Assembly: GCA_009778675.1 (NCBI GenBank)
Contig: WRFU01000001.1
Coordinates: 797-64,796, forward strand
Length of the DNA stretch: 64,000 bases
DNA from: Candidatus Saccharimonadota bacterium
Lineage (GTDB): Bacteria; Patescibacteriota; Saccharimonadia; Saccharimonadales; Saccharimonadaceae
Direction: 5' to 3'
In this document: in pieces, positions 18,913 to 27,860 of the stretch
How the letters are laid out: the number at the start of each line of letters is the position of its first letter
Position numbering within the stretch: the stretch's first letter is position 1
Notes under the pieces: generated by a model
Databases searched by the model: none
What the model saw: the letters and a program-made list of their open reading frames with translations, nothing else
Told to the model about the DNA's origin: nothing
Program-made: the position numbers and the translations under genes

Positions 18913-19881
18913 ATGACAAAAGAAACGAAACAACAACCTAAAAAATCGGCGGCTGGCCGGTTTGCAAAACTGGTCACCGAAGGGTCCGAAGAATATCGCA
19001 AAAAATATGAAGGTCTGACTGAAGCAGAAATGGCCGATAAAATCGAGCAAGAAGTTAATGCCAAAATGGCACTAAAAACCGCTCGCCGCGATGCCGAATT
19101 AGAGCAAAAAATGGCCTACAAGCACGAAAAATGGCTATCTCATCGTAAACATAATGTGTTGTGGCGGGCATTTTGGGGTTTATTCTTTTTGGTGGCCGCC
19201 GCAGCTGTGTTATGCCAAATCCTTGGGGTCTTTACCTTTGTTATTAACATTTGGTGGCTAATTTTGGGGATTTTCTTGGTCGCGATTATGGTGCAAGCGG
19301 CCATAAACCTAAACTGGTTCTTTGTGTTTGTACCAGCTGCCGCTATTGCAACAATCCTAAACTACCAAACCAGTTGGTGGAATCTGTCTGGGCAAGGTGT
19401 TGGTGGTATCTTTGGCGTGGCAGTTTTGCTAACTATCGCCTTTTCTATCCTGTTTCATCACCAGAGTTATCGTGACTGGCGACGACATCTTAACAGTCAC
19501 CACGAGTTCCACGAATATTCCGACATTAGCGAAAGCGCCGACGACAGTCGCGAAGTGGCCATCCGTGCCAATATGGGTGAGGCCATCAAATATATCAACT
19601 CGCAAAATCTAGAAAAAGTCCTAATTGATTGTAAATTAGGCGCGGTTAAAGTCTATTTTGACAACGCTAAAATTGCCGGCGATGAGTTACTGGTAAACAT
19701 TAACTGCAGCCTAGGTGGCGTCGAAATGTACGTGCCAAAAACTTGGCACGTGGTGAGTGGACTTAACGCCATAGCTGGCGGTATGAGCGAAAAAAATCGC
19801 GCCCAGCTAACGCAAGATAGCCCAACTGTGCGTCTAAGCGGCAACACTAACCTTGGTGGTGTCGAGATAATCTACATATAA
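18913..19881 (+). CDS. membrane protein with LiaF-like C-terminal domain
   Basis: 322 aa with 4 TM helices. The C-terminus (LGGVEMYVPKTWHV...GNTNLGGVEIIYI) resembles the LiaF/DUF2154 beta-repeat tail. It is adjacent to the LytTR gene. Confidence 0.55.
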   Translation: MTKETKQQPKKSAAGRFAKLVTEGSEEYRKKYEGLTEAEMADKIEQEVNAKMALKTARRDAELEQKMAYKHEKWLSHRKHNVLWRAFWGLFFLVAAAAVLCQILGVFTFVINIWWLILGIFLVAIMVQAAINLNWFFVFVPAAAIATILNYQTSWWNLSGQGVGGIFGVAVLLTIAFSILFHHQSYRDWRRHLNSHHEFHEYSDISESADDSREVAIRANMGEAIKYINSQNLEKVLIDCKLGAVKVYFDNAKIAGDELLVNINCSLGGVEMYVPKTWHVVSGLNAIAGGMSEKNRAQLTQDSPTVRLSGNTNLGGVEIIYI

Positions 19882-19944
19882 TCCCACCAGCCATACCAGC
19901 GTAAGCGCATTGTAGCAGCCCCAAAAAGCTGCTACAATGCCTAT

Positions 19945-20583
19945 ATGGCAGGCGAAGCACCCAATTACTGGGGTAAATCAGACGATGAAATTAAAGCAAA
20001 TTCAGAGCGAGTTGAATTTGATCCGTCTACCCTACCCACCGATGGCTCACTGCCCAATGCCGAAGATCCCGAAGTAAATGAGCCAGACACGACCGAACCG
20101 GTTACCCCTGAACCAGTGACCCCTGATACAATCGTTAACTGGGATGCCAAAGAGCACCTAGTGCATGACAAAAATGCCGGTTGGTATTGGATTTTTGGCC
20201 TGGTGGTGATTGCGTTGATAGCCCTCGCGGCGCTGTTAATGCACTCCTGGACGTTTACCGCCCTGATTGTCGTTTCGGCGGCGGCTTTAATTATTTACAT
20301 TCGGCGTCCCCCGCGTGATATCCACTATTCTTTAGACAACCATGGCTTATCGGTCGATGGCAAAATTTATGATTTCGATAACTACAAATCTTTTGGCGTA
20401 CTAAAAGAAGACACCAACTACTCAATTATGATGATCCCCACCAGGCGTTTGTCGCCAGCCCTAACTGTTTACTTTCCCGAAGCTAGCGGCGAAGCCATCG
20501 TTGATCTATTCGGCGCTCATTTACCAATGCAAGAAGTCAAGTTAGACGCTCTTGATAAACTTATCCACCGTTTACGCATTTAG
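19945..20583 (+). CDS. hypothetical membrane protein
   Basis: 212 aa with an acidic N-terminus carrying an EPVTP repeat, two TM helices and a small C-terminal domain. The ATG is 6 nt after TGcTACAAT (19931..19938). Confidence 0.5.
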   Translation: MAGEAPNYWGKSDDEIKANSERVEFDPSTLPTDGSLPNAEDPEVNEPDTTEPVTPEPVTPDTIVNWDAKEHLVHDKNAGWYWIFGLVVIALIALAALLMHSWTFTALIVVSAAALIIYIRRPPRDIHYSLDNHGLSVDGKIYDFDNYKSFGVLKEDTNYSIMMIPTRRLSPALTVYFPEASGEAIVDLFGAHLPMQEVKLDALDKLIHRLRI

Positions 20584-20698
20584 TGCTTGTAAAAACATTG
20601 TAAAATATGCTACAATCCTAAGCGATATCCACCTCTGGTGGATGCCGCACCTTTATTCTTAGGTGGACTTGCGCTTTTATAAGTGGCAAGTCTATCGC

Positions 20699-20775
20699 GC
20701 ACCCGTAGCTCAGCTGGATAGAGCGCTGCCTTGCGGAGGCAGAGGTCGTGTGTTCGAATCACGCCGGGTGTACCA
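20699..20775 (+). tRNA. tRNA-Arg with anticodon GCG, CCA encoded
   Basis: Hand fold: acceptor gcacccg/cgggtgt (G1-U72), D-arm gctc...gagc, anticodon stem ctgcc/ggcag with loop uuGCGga, T-arm gtgtg-ttcgaat-cacgc. Confidence 0.75.
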
Positions 20776-20828
20776 TACTAAAGAAGACCATTTTATAGTG
20801 GCCTTTTTTAGATTTTACGCTCTTGCTA

Positions 20829-20857
20829 TTGACTTTCTATGCCGCTTGTGCTACAAT
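20829..20857 (+). promoter_or_regulatory. consensus promoter cTATTGACT-17-TGcTACAAT
   Basis: gctATTGACTttctatgccgcttgTGcTACAAT, upstream of 20889..21389. Confidence 0.65.
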
Positions 20858-20888
20858 GGAGCTATACAGTAATTAACGAAAGACAAAC

Positions 20889-21389
20889 ATGATAGAAAAT
20901 AATTCGGAACAGACACATCTAACTCCTGAACAGCGCCAAGAAGAGAGCGAAAAACGGCAAAACAGGACTAAATGGCAACGTCGCGGTGCATTAGCTGTAG
21001 GTGTTCTAATTTTAGCTAGTGGTGGATATGCGGGTAAAAAAGGCTATGAAGCTTGGCGATATAAGCAAGCCGCAGAGGAAAAAGCTGCTATGGTCGAACG
21101 TAACAGACAACCTGATTCTCGTATTCAATTTGCTTTAGATGCTGGTGCTCCTGAAGACGCCATTATATATGAATTACCGCAAGGTACACCAGGCGAAAAT
21201 ATTCGTAAACACGCGAAAGTTGTTTTCCCGGAAGTTAAAATCAACGAAGATTATCAGACAAAGGCCGAAGTACAAGAGAGCCAACGCGGGCTAAACAAGG
21301 CTAAAGCTGGTGAAGATGTTAAGCTTTGGGATTACGACGCTGATGGTGATGGCACAAGTGACGTGATTCTAGCTGAAGTATCTGAGTAG
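20889..21389 (+). CDS. hypothetical membrane-anchored protein
   Basis: 166 aa with a charged N-terminus and one TM helix. No recognisable motif. Confidence 0.45.
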   Translation: MIENNSEQTHLTPEQRQEESEKRQNRTKWQRRGALAVGVLILASGGYAGKKGYEAWRYKQAAEEKAAMVERNRQPDSRIQFALDAGAPEDAIIYELPQGTPGENIRKHAKVVFPEVKINEDYQTKAEVQESQRGLNKAKAGEDVKLWDYDADGDGTSDVILAEVSE

Positions 21390-21396
21390 CACGATT

Positions 21397-22476
21397 ATGG
21401 CTAACGATGACGATAGCAACCCCGAACTAGAACAAAACGTGTTTGCTGACCCCGAAAGCGAACAATCAACTGAACAATCAACTGAACAGTCAACTGAAGA
21501 TCGCGCAGAAGCTGAATCAACTTTTGGCAGCGAATTGAACCCGGCATTTGCTAATCGGGGCGATTATTACGGAGGCTTGCTAAAGGATGATCCTGAACAA
21601 GACGAACAAGATAATCGCACCCCTGAAGAAAAAGAAGAAGATGAAAAAGATCAGGTTGACGAAGCCGGGATTGCAGCAGATACAATGGAGGCCGGCAAAG
21701 CGCCACTTAGTATTGCCCGGGAGCCAGTAGCCAGCATTAGCGAACAGATATCAGTTGAGCCAGCGCCCGCCCCTACCAAGGCCGCAACTTCGGGTGAAGC
21801 CAAAACTAACTCGGTCGAAATGGCCGACAACCAAGTTGCAGCTGGTGCACTGTGCAGCCACGCCGAAGGTTCTATTCGTACCCTGCAAGAAGTCCAACCT
21901 ACTCAGGCCGAAACTGGTGTCGAATATAAAGATAAACTAACTGAAGCCCTGGGCAAAATTTCTGGTGATCTTGGCGCTATGGTTTATTCAATGCAAGCCT
22001 TAAATCTAGGTCATGCCGCCGAGCTAGTTTCTTTAAAAAAAGAGACTGTAGTTGGCGAAATACAGTCCGAAATCGAAGGCGCTAAGGACGATAAAGAAGA
22101 ATTAGCCAAAATCTATCAGGAAAGATTTGTTAACACCTCGACGGGTGTAATTCCAAAGATTGAAGTTGGGCTAAAACAAAATTCTTCACCAGACATGTTT
22201 GGCCAATTATTAGCCGAAGCTACAACCATACCCGAGCTGCTAGTGGCTGCTACATCTTATGTTGAAACAAAAAATTTGCTAAGAGCCGAGACTAAAGCTG
22301 CTATCGAAGCTTTTGTGAACCCCGAAGCTAAACAGGCTGCCGAGGAGGTGGTCGATGCCGATGAGGGGGTCGCTGGTGCGATGAATCAAGAAGATCTATT
22401 GGCTAAAGCCCGTGCGGCTGCTATGGATCATGCCGCCCAAAATTCCGAGAATTCTGACTACAAGCTAGCGGCATAA
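21397..22476 (+). CDS. hypothetical acidic protein
   Basis: 359 aa, rich in D/E, with an EQST x3 repeat near the N-terminus. Confidence 0.45.
   Translation: MANDDDSNPELEQNVFADPESEQSTEQSTEQSTEDRAEAESTFGSELNPAFANRGDYYGGLLKDDPEQDEQDNRTPEEKEEDEKDQVDEAGIAADTMEAGKAPLSIAREPVASISEQISVEPAPAPTKAATSGEAKTNSVEMADNQVAAGALCSHAEGSIRTLQEVQPTQAETGVEYKDKLTEALGKISGDLGAMVYSMQALNLGHAAELVSLKKETVVGEIQSEIEGAKDDKEELAKIYQERFVNTSTGVIPKIEVGLKQNSSPDMFGQLLAEATTIPELLVAATSYVETKNLLRAETKAAIEAFVNPEAKQAAEEVVDADEGVAGAMNQEDLLAKARAAAMDHAAQNSENSDYKLAA
21460..21495 (+). repeat. 12-bp tandem repeat x3 inside a CDS (EQST EQST EQST)
   Basis: gaacaatcaact gaacaatcaact gaacagtcaact. Confidence 0.9.
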
Positions 22477-22512
22477 GAAAGAGCCCGGTAAAACCGGGCT
22501 CTTTCGTACTTT

Positions 22513-23442
22513 TTACAAATGCAGATTAGGATCGAAAACTTCTGGGAAAAGCAAATGTAGCTTTTCCTCTAGCGATACAGTAATATCATCGCCAAGTATT
22601 AGCTCATGTTCGATGAACTCATTGTAGAGGGGGATCATTACTTCGCGCATTTGCGGGTGGGCACTCGTAGGCACACGCAGGCTGAAGATATATTTCCAGC
22701 CGTTTAGACTAGTCGACATCACAATCTCGGACTTAGTCGAGTTAGGCAAAACGCTGCGGGCTTCTTCGGGTTTGGCACCTAAGTCAATAAGTGCTTTGTA
22801 ACCTGTTTCGCAATACATGCAAACATCTTTCCAGATAGTATATTCTTCTGAGTCATATGCCCAAAAAAATGGATCGACAAAGGTAATTGCACTACCAAAC
22901 TTGCCGTTGGAGTAGTTACAGTATCTGGTGCTTTCCTGGCTGAAACTGGCGTCTCGTTGGCGTACTAATTCGTGCGTGACTCCTCTATCTACTGTGAATC
23001 GAACTACTAGCTGCCGCCATGGATCATCTTGCGCTGGCGTGAAGAGGTGTACTCCTTTGGGTAACTCAGTACGATTCATTATACATTGATATAATTCTGG
23101 CCACAGCTCCCAGATAGCTCGCAGGTTAGTGTAGACAAAACTATACGACCTACCCTGTTGTTGGCCAGATCGCATGAACGTAAAACGATGTCGAAATAGT
23201 TGACTAGACAATTGTGGGCTAGCACTGGAAGTAAACTTTAGATATACCCCCCCATGCTCTAAGACTGAAGTGTGCCCCCGCTTGACAATCATCTCCATAA
23301 AGTCTTTGTACGATGTGTCGGTGATCTTGTCCTCACTTTTGTAACAGGTTCGCCCTGCTAGCTCGGCCATTTTTGGAGCATCATAGTTAATGAGCTTCAT
23401 TTCTGGATCTAGGATGTCGGATCCTGCTGGTGTGATTATCAT
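22513..23442 (-). CDS. thyX: flavin-dependent thymidylate synthase
   Basis: 309 aa with HTSVLEHG and a ThyX-signature variant (RQRDASFSQESTRY, cf. RHRxxSxxxxSxRY). Confidence 0.85.
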   Translation of the reverse strand: MIITPAGSDILDPEMKLINYDAPKMAELAGRTCYKSEDKITDTSYKDFMEMIVKRGHTSVLEHGGVYLKFTSSASPQLSSQLFRHRFTFMRSGQQQGRSYSFVYTNLRAIWELWPELYQCIMNRTELPKGVHLFTPAQDDPWRQLVVRFTVDRGVTHELVRQRDASFSQESTRYCNYSNGKFGSAITFVDPFFWAYDSEEYTIWKDVCMYCETGYKALIDLGAKPEEARSVLPNSTKSEIVMSTSLNGWKYIFSLRVPTSAHPQMREVMIPLYNEFIEHELILGDDITVSLEEKLHLLFPEVFDPNLHL

Positions 23443-23503
23443 GATTCTTGCCTTCCTTCTCGTCGTTCTTGATCTGTAAAAGTACGTACCAGCAGTTAAT
23501 CAC

Positions 23504-23512
23504 GGGGGGGGG
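23504..23512. repeat. G9 homopolymer in the thyX / tRNA-Ser intergenic region
   Basis: cacGGGGGGGGGtattgg, counted directly. Confidence 0.95.
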
Positions 23513-23554
23513 TATTGGCAAGCATAAGAGGTAAAATGTGGTAGAATTGTGAAT

Positions 23555-23642
23555 GGAAGCGTGGCCGAGTGGTTGAAGGCGCACGACTCGAAATCGTGTA
23601 AGGCGCAAGCCTTCGGAGGTTCGAATCCTCTCGCTTCCGCCA
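23555..23642 (+). tRNA. tRNA-Ser (anticodon CGA), CCA encoded
   Basis: Acceptor ggaagcg/cgcttcc, anticodon loop cuCGAaa, long variable arm. TGgTAGAAT at 23539..23547 places the TSS at about the mature 5' end. Confidence 0.9.
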
Positions 23643-23777
23643 GAGTGAACTTTGACCTCTTTGGAGGTCGTTTTTATTCGGAAAAGTTTGGTTATAACCT
23701 GTACGCTGCCTCGTTGCTCTCATGTGTCCTGGCGATGGCAAGCGAGTAGTTTGCAAGGTGAGTGATATAATGGGCTG

Positions 23778-24164
23778 ATGGTAAAGATTTATGACATTCA
23801 ATTTGAGGACGGTGCCGATCCAGAACCACATGAGATTAAGACAGCTCTTTTTCTCAAGAAGTGTGGTAAAGACGTCAAGTTCCTTGCTCCTAAAAACGAG
23901 GATCATGTCAAAACACCTGACATTGCTATGGATAGACTGAAATGGGAAATTAAAGCACCTATCAGTAGTGGTTCGCGGGTAATCGAACATGCCCTACGGT
24001 CTGCTACAAAACAATCGCCGAATGTGATAATAGATTTACGCCGGTGCAAGCTAAACGAAGAAAAGGCTTTGCGGCAACTACACCATGAAGGCACAAGACG
24101 TGGCTCTACCCTAAAAAGACTCATGGTAATAACGAAATCTAAGCAGATTGTTGACATAAAGTAG
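23778..24164 (+). CDS. small basic hypothetical protein (possible nuclease-like toxin domain, unverified)
   Basis: 128 aa. The ATG is 6 nt after TGaTATAAT. The pattern KTPDIAMD..WEIKAP......ATKQSPNVIIDL is vaguely reminiscent of CdiA-CT/restriction-fold modules. I could not verify this. Confidence 0.4.
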   Translation: MVKIYDIQFEDGADPEPHEIKTALFLKKCGKDVKFLAPKNEDHVKTPDIAMDRLKWEIKAPISSGSRVIEHALRSATKQSPNVIIDLRRCKLNEEKALRQLHHEGTRRGSTLKRLMVITKSKQIVDIK

Positions 24165-24385
24165 TTGACCTGATAAAATGTGAGTATGGGCGGCGAGGCT
24201 CATGCCGGATGGCTAGAGTCGCGTCGCTTTTTTGTGGTCTCAAAATTTTTTCGGTTAAGCAAATTACTAGTTTATCGCAAGATAAATTAAGAGCTTTGCT
24301 CGTAAAATATGAGGCTGCCCATGCCATTGTTTGTTTATTCCGCTAGTGCTATTATGCTATTAAGGTTAAGTTAAGGAGACTCTTG

Positions 24386-26668
24386 ATGATGCACAAGATC
24401 CGCATCAAACATACTCGACACTTTAGGGTATCCTTTTTTGTTGGGACGGCGGTATTGGCGCTAATGTTTGGTTTAGTCAGTATGGCCGTTAAACTGCAAA
24501 GTCCCGCCCATGCAGCTGGTGTGCCATTTACAAGGGGTCAGGGATTAGTCTTTGTTTCTCAGGGTGATCCAACCAGGCTGTTCGAATCTGTCCAGCTGCC
24601 AGGCACTAATTCGACATCATTTAGCCCGGTTGGTCCGGCACAGTCTATAACCTACAATGCCATGGGCTTTAACCCCGCCGATATGTATCTTTATGCTATT
24701 AACTCTAGTAATAATCGCTTAATCCAGATTGATTCAACTGGCACAACGACCGGCTTGGGTACGGGTGCTGTGGCCAACCTACCGGTTTTGTCAGGTCAGC
24801 AGACTTACAATGCTGGTACGATCGGTAACTGTACCCCGGCTAACACGCTATGGATAGCATCGTCGGCTGGTGGTAATCACATTTATAGTATCGATGTTAC
24901 GGCTGCGCGGCCGACAGCCGTAGCGCTAACTTTGTCTACCTCTATTCCTAATCTGGCTGACTTTGTCTGCCAAGATGGCTATTTGTGGGGTGTTTATGGT
25001 GGTGGTGGCACTACTGCCGCATCGCCGAATGGCATGTATCGTATCAATATTACGACCGGCCAAGTTGATTGGTTTAGCCTAGCGGGTGTTATAACTACCG
25101 ATTGGGGCAATTCATTTGGTGCACAGTGGCTCTATGGCAATGGTAATTTGGGTATTTCTAACAATGCCTCTGGTAATATCCACCAGATTCAAATTAACAA
25201 TCCGACCTCTGCCACGCCAACTTTCGCTGAAGTCGCCGTGCTAAAAGGTCCGGCTAGCACCACTAATGATGGCGCATCTTACCAGGGTGATCCAGTGGAT
25301 CTTTCGGTTACTAAAACTGTCGTTACCGATTACGGACCTTCTGGGACGCTAGCCAATAACGACACTTATACCCCTGGCAGTAACGCGACTTACACCCTTA
25401 CGGTTAAGAATGCCAGCACAACTGGTGCTAACAGCAGCGGTTTTTACGTTACCGATACGCTAGATGCGCGAATCGATTCTAGCAACGTCACTTTTGACAA
25501 TTCCGCCTGTTATATTTCCCAGGTCGGTGTGGTAAATGTCACTAGTACAGTGGTAACTTGTGTAGCAGGGGCTTTAGCTGCTGGCCAATCAACTTCGTTC
25601 GATATTCATGTTATTACACCTGTGACCCATGACATATCAATCGTTAACACTGCTACGGTCACTGGTGATGAAACAGACCCCAACTTAGCCAATAATACCG
25701 ATTCCGTTTCGATCGATGCAGCTCCATCTGGCTATATTATTAGCAAAACCGCCGAAATCGAAGGCGGACACGTTAACGCCCGCCCTGGCGAAACAATCTT
25801 GTACACCATTACGGTTAAAAACACCGGTGCAACAGCTTATACCGCGCCCAATCTGGCTACTTTTTCCGATGATATCTCCGATGTATTAGATGACGCCACA
25901 CTAGTTTCACCATTGACTAGTGGTTTAACACTTGCCGGCACGACCTTAAACTGGGCAGGCGAACTAGCCATGCCTGGCAGCCCTGGCGATACTGTAGCAG
26001 TCCAATACGAGGTTACCATCAACACTCCAGATAATGGTAACAAAATTATGAATAATTTTATCACGGCTACCGGTGATGACGGTGGATGTAGCGGTCCATG
26101 CGCCACTCAAACTATAGTTGGTATTCCAGGCTATTCTATCAACAAAACGGTCAGTACCACCAAGGCTCATCCGGGCGATCTTGTCACTTATAATATCGTG
26201 GTCACTAACACCGGTACTGCTCCATACACCGCCCGTTATCCGATAACTATTGTCGACGACTTATCAGACGTGCTTGATGACACAGTATTCACTGGCACTA
26301 TGAGTGATGGTGCGTCTATATCGGGCTCAACTTTAACCTGGGTCGGTCCTTTGGACGTTGGCCAGTCGACCACTATTAGCTATACGGTGCGAGTGACTAA
26401 CCCGGCCGAAGGCAATCTAGTTATGAACAACCTGATTGTGCCACAAAATGGTGAGGGGTCATGTATTTCTTGCACCACCCAGACTGTAATAACCGTTCCT
26501 ACTCCGCCAGTTAATCCTGGTCCGTCTACGCCTATACCTGGTCTGCCAAATACCGGGCTAGCGCGCAGCCTAGATTTTATCGGGCGTCACTGGTATTTGC
26601 CACTGGCAGCTGCGGTTATTGCTGGTGCGGGGGCATGGCTATTACGTAAGAAATCCGCTAAAGTTTAG
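24386..26668 (+). CDS. cell-surface protein: signal anchor, propeller-like N-domain, DUF11-like repeats, LPXTG sorting signal
   Basis: About 760 aa with ATG 24386 after SD AAGGAG. It carries repeated units of the form ..Y.I.V.NTG.A.YTA.....DD.SDVLDD... The C-terminus reads LPNTG (26543..26557), then a hydrophobic helix, then RKKSAKV. Confidence 0.75.
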   Translation: MMHKIRIKHTRHFRVSFFVGTAVLALMFGLVSMAVKLQSPAHAAGVPFTRGQGLVFVSQGDPTRLFESVQLPGTNSTSFSPVGPAQSITYNAMGFNPADMYLYAINSSNNRLIQIDSTGTTTGLGTGAVANLPVLSGQQTYNAGTIGNCTPANTLWIASSAGGNHIYSIDVTAARPTAVALTLSTSIPNLADFVCQDGYLWGVYGGGGTTAASPNGMYRINITTGQVDWFSLAGVITTDWGNSFGAQWLYGNGNLGISNNASGNIHQIQINNPTSATPTFAEVAVLKGPASTTNDGASYQGDPVDLSVTKTVVTDYGPSGTLANNDTYTPGSNATYTLTVKNASTTGANSSGFYVTDTLDARIDSSNVTFDNSACYISQVGVVNVTSTVVTCVAGALAAGQSTSFDIHVITPVTHDISIVNTATVTGDETDPNLANNTDSVSIDAAPSGYIISKTAEIEGGHVNARPGETILYTITVKNTGATAYTAPNLATFSDDISDVLDDATLVSPLTSGLTLAGTTLNWAGELAMPGSPGDTVAVQYEVTINTPDNGNKIMNNFITATGDDGGCSGPCATQTIVGIPGYSINKTVSTTKAHPGDLVTYNIVVTNTGTAPYTARYPITIVDDLSDVLDDTVFTGTMSDGASISGSTLTWVGPLDVGQSTTISYTVRVTNPAEGNLVMNNLIVPQNGEGSCISCTTQTVITVPTPPVNPGPSTPIPGLPNTGLARSLDFIGRHWYLPLAAAVIAGAGAWLLRKKSAKV

Positions 26669-26669
26669 A

Positions 26670-27062
26670 ATGCCAGTCATGCAAGACTCAATTTTTACGA
26701 AAATTATCAAGGGCGAAATCCCATCGTATAAGATCTACGAAGATAGTAAAACTTACGCTTTTTTAGATATTCATCCAGATAGACCAGGCCACACTCTAGT
26801 AGTACCAAAAGTGCAAATAGAGAAATTCTATGATTTATCTGATGATGATTTTTCTCACCTCATGCTAGTATCCAAAAAAATAGCTCGTCATATGGAAGAT
26901 GTCTTGGGACAACGTATCATTTTACACATTATTGGTGCTGATGTGCCGCATGTGCATATTCATCTTGTCCCGGCTAATCCGAAACATGTACCGAGCGAGC
27001 CACCTCAAGCCTCAGAAGAAGAACTTGCTGTGATGGCTAAAAAATTGCAAATAAAATCATGA
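26670..27062 (+). CDS. HIT-family nucleotide hydrolase/transferase
   Basis: MQDSIFTKIIKGEIPS..., PGHTLVVPK, HVHIHLVP (the HxHxHxx motif). The start is ATG 26670 or 26679, not the track start at 26619. Confidence 0.85.
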   Translation: MPVMQDSIFTKIIKGEIPSYKIYEDSKTYAFLDIHPDRPGHTLVVPKVQIEKFYDLSDDDFSHLMLVSKKIARHMEDVLGQRIILHIIGADVPHVHIHLVPANPKHVPSEPPQASEEELAVMAKKLQIKS

Positions 27063-27514
27063 TAAAAATTATTACGGTCGGCAAAAAGCCGCCCCAAGAG
27101 ATTGCCCAAGCGATAGATGGCTACCAAAAGCGCCTACACGGGGCGTTTGAGCTAAAATGGGTTCTTATACCAAATTCGCCCTTGCCTGGCACTGTAGGGG
27201 CTAAAAATGAGTCACAGGCCATACTACGAAACCTACATATATCTGACTATGTGATTTTGCTAGATGAAACTGGTAAAAATATCAGTTCGAACGATCTGGC
27301 GCACCTATTAATCATTCAAATGGAGACTAATAAAGACATCGTGTTGGCGATCGGTGGTGCTTATGGAGTCGATGAATCAGTCAAACAACGAGCTGATTTT
27401 ACATGGTCGTTGTCTAAACTGGTTTTCCCGCACCAGTTAGTTAGGTTGCTGCTAACTGAACAAATTTACCGTGCCCAAACGATCGCCGCTGGCCACCCCT
27501 ACCACCACGAATAA
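27059..27514 (+). CDS. rlmH: 23S rRNA (pseudouridine1915-N3)-methyltransferase
   Basis: 151 aa with SPOUT RlmH motifs (IITVGKK, AIGGAYGV, LSKLVFPHQLVRLLL.EQIYRA). Confidence 0.85.
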   Translation: MIKIITVGKKPPQEIAQAIDGYQKRLHGAFELKWVLIPNSPLPGTVGAKNESQAILRNLHISDYVILLDETGKNISSNDLAHLLIIQMETNKDIVLAIGGAYGVDESVKQRADFTWSLSKLVFPHQLVRLLLTEQIYRAQTIAAGHPYHHE

Positions 27515-27523
27515 AGCCAAATG

Positions 27524-27550
27524 AAAAAGGGCAGATCTTTCGATCTGCCC
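27524..27550 (-). terminator. intrinsic terminator of the Ubl cassette (also the left copy of the flanking direct repeat)
   Basis: The minus strand reads gggcagatc-gaaa-gatctgccc followed by ttttt. Confidence 0.75.
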
Positions 27551-27578
27551 CAATTCTTAACACTTGATTCTCGCTTGC

Positions 27579-27860
27579 TTAGCCGTTGTTAACCTTACTG
27601 GTTAACACAATGGCATCGTTGGGCTGGACTACCGCTTTCGCCAGGGTATCCATGGCGGTTTCTGCGCCGTTAATGGTAACGGCGTGGATTTTCAGTTCCC
27701 CCAGGTCATAGCCAGCCGCCTCAGTGGCTTCACTGACTGTCATGCCATCGTGCAATTCGACGGTCACGGTCTCTTCACCTAACATGGTGACTCGAGCCGT
27801 TGGCACTTCCTCCGTTGTCGCGGTGGTTTCTTCTGGTGTGGTTGCAGGCGTCTTGCTCAT
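27579..27860 (-). CDS. ubiquitin-like beta-grasp protein candidate ending in C-terminal Gly
   Basis: 93 aa. A T/E/P-rich 25-aa tail precedes a body of about 65 aa. The protein ends ...IVLTSKVNNG-stop. Its ATG overlaps the E1 stop (ATGA). Confidence 0.6.
   Translation of the reverse strand: MSKTPATTPEETTATTEEVPTARVTMLGEETVTVELHDGMTVSEATEAAGYDLGELKIHAVTINGAETAMDTLAKAVVQPNDAIVLTSKVNNG

Noticed and set aside
20663-20872. 69-aa ORF overlapping tRNA-Arg.
   Set aside because: It reads straight through the tRNA gene, so it is spurious.
23387-23990. ORFs 23387..23608(-), 23496..23990(-) and 23549..23749(+).
   Set aside because: They overlap tRNA-Ser(CGA), its terminator or the leaderless 23778 gene, and their composition is not protein-like.
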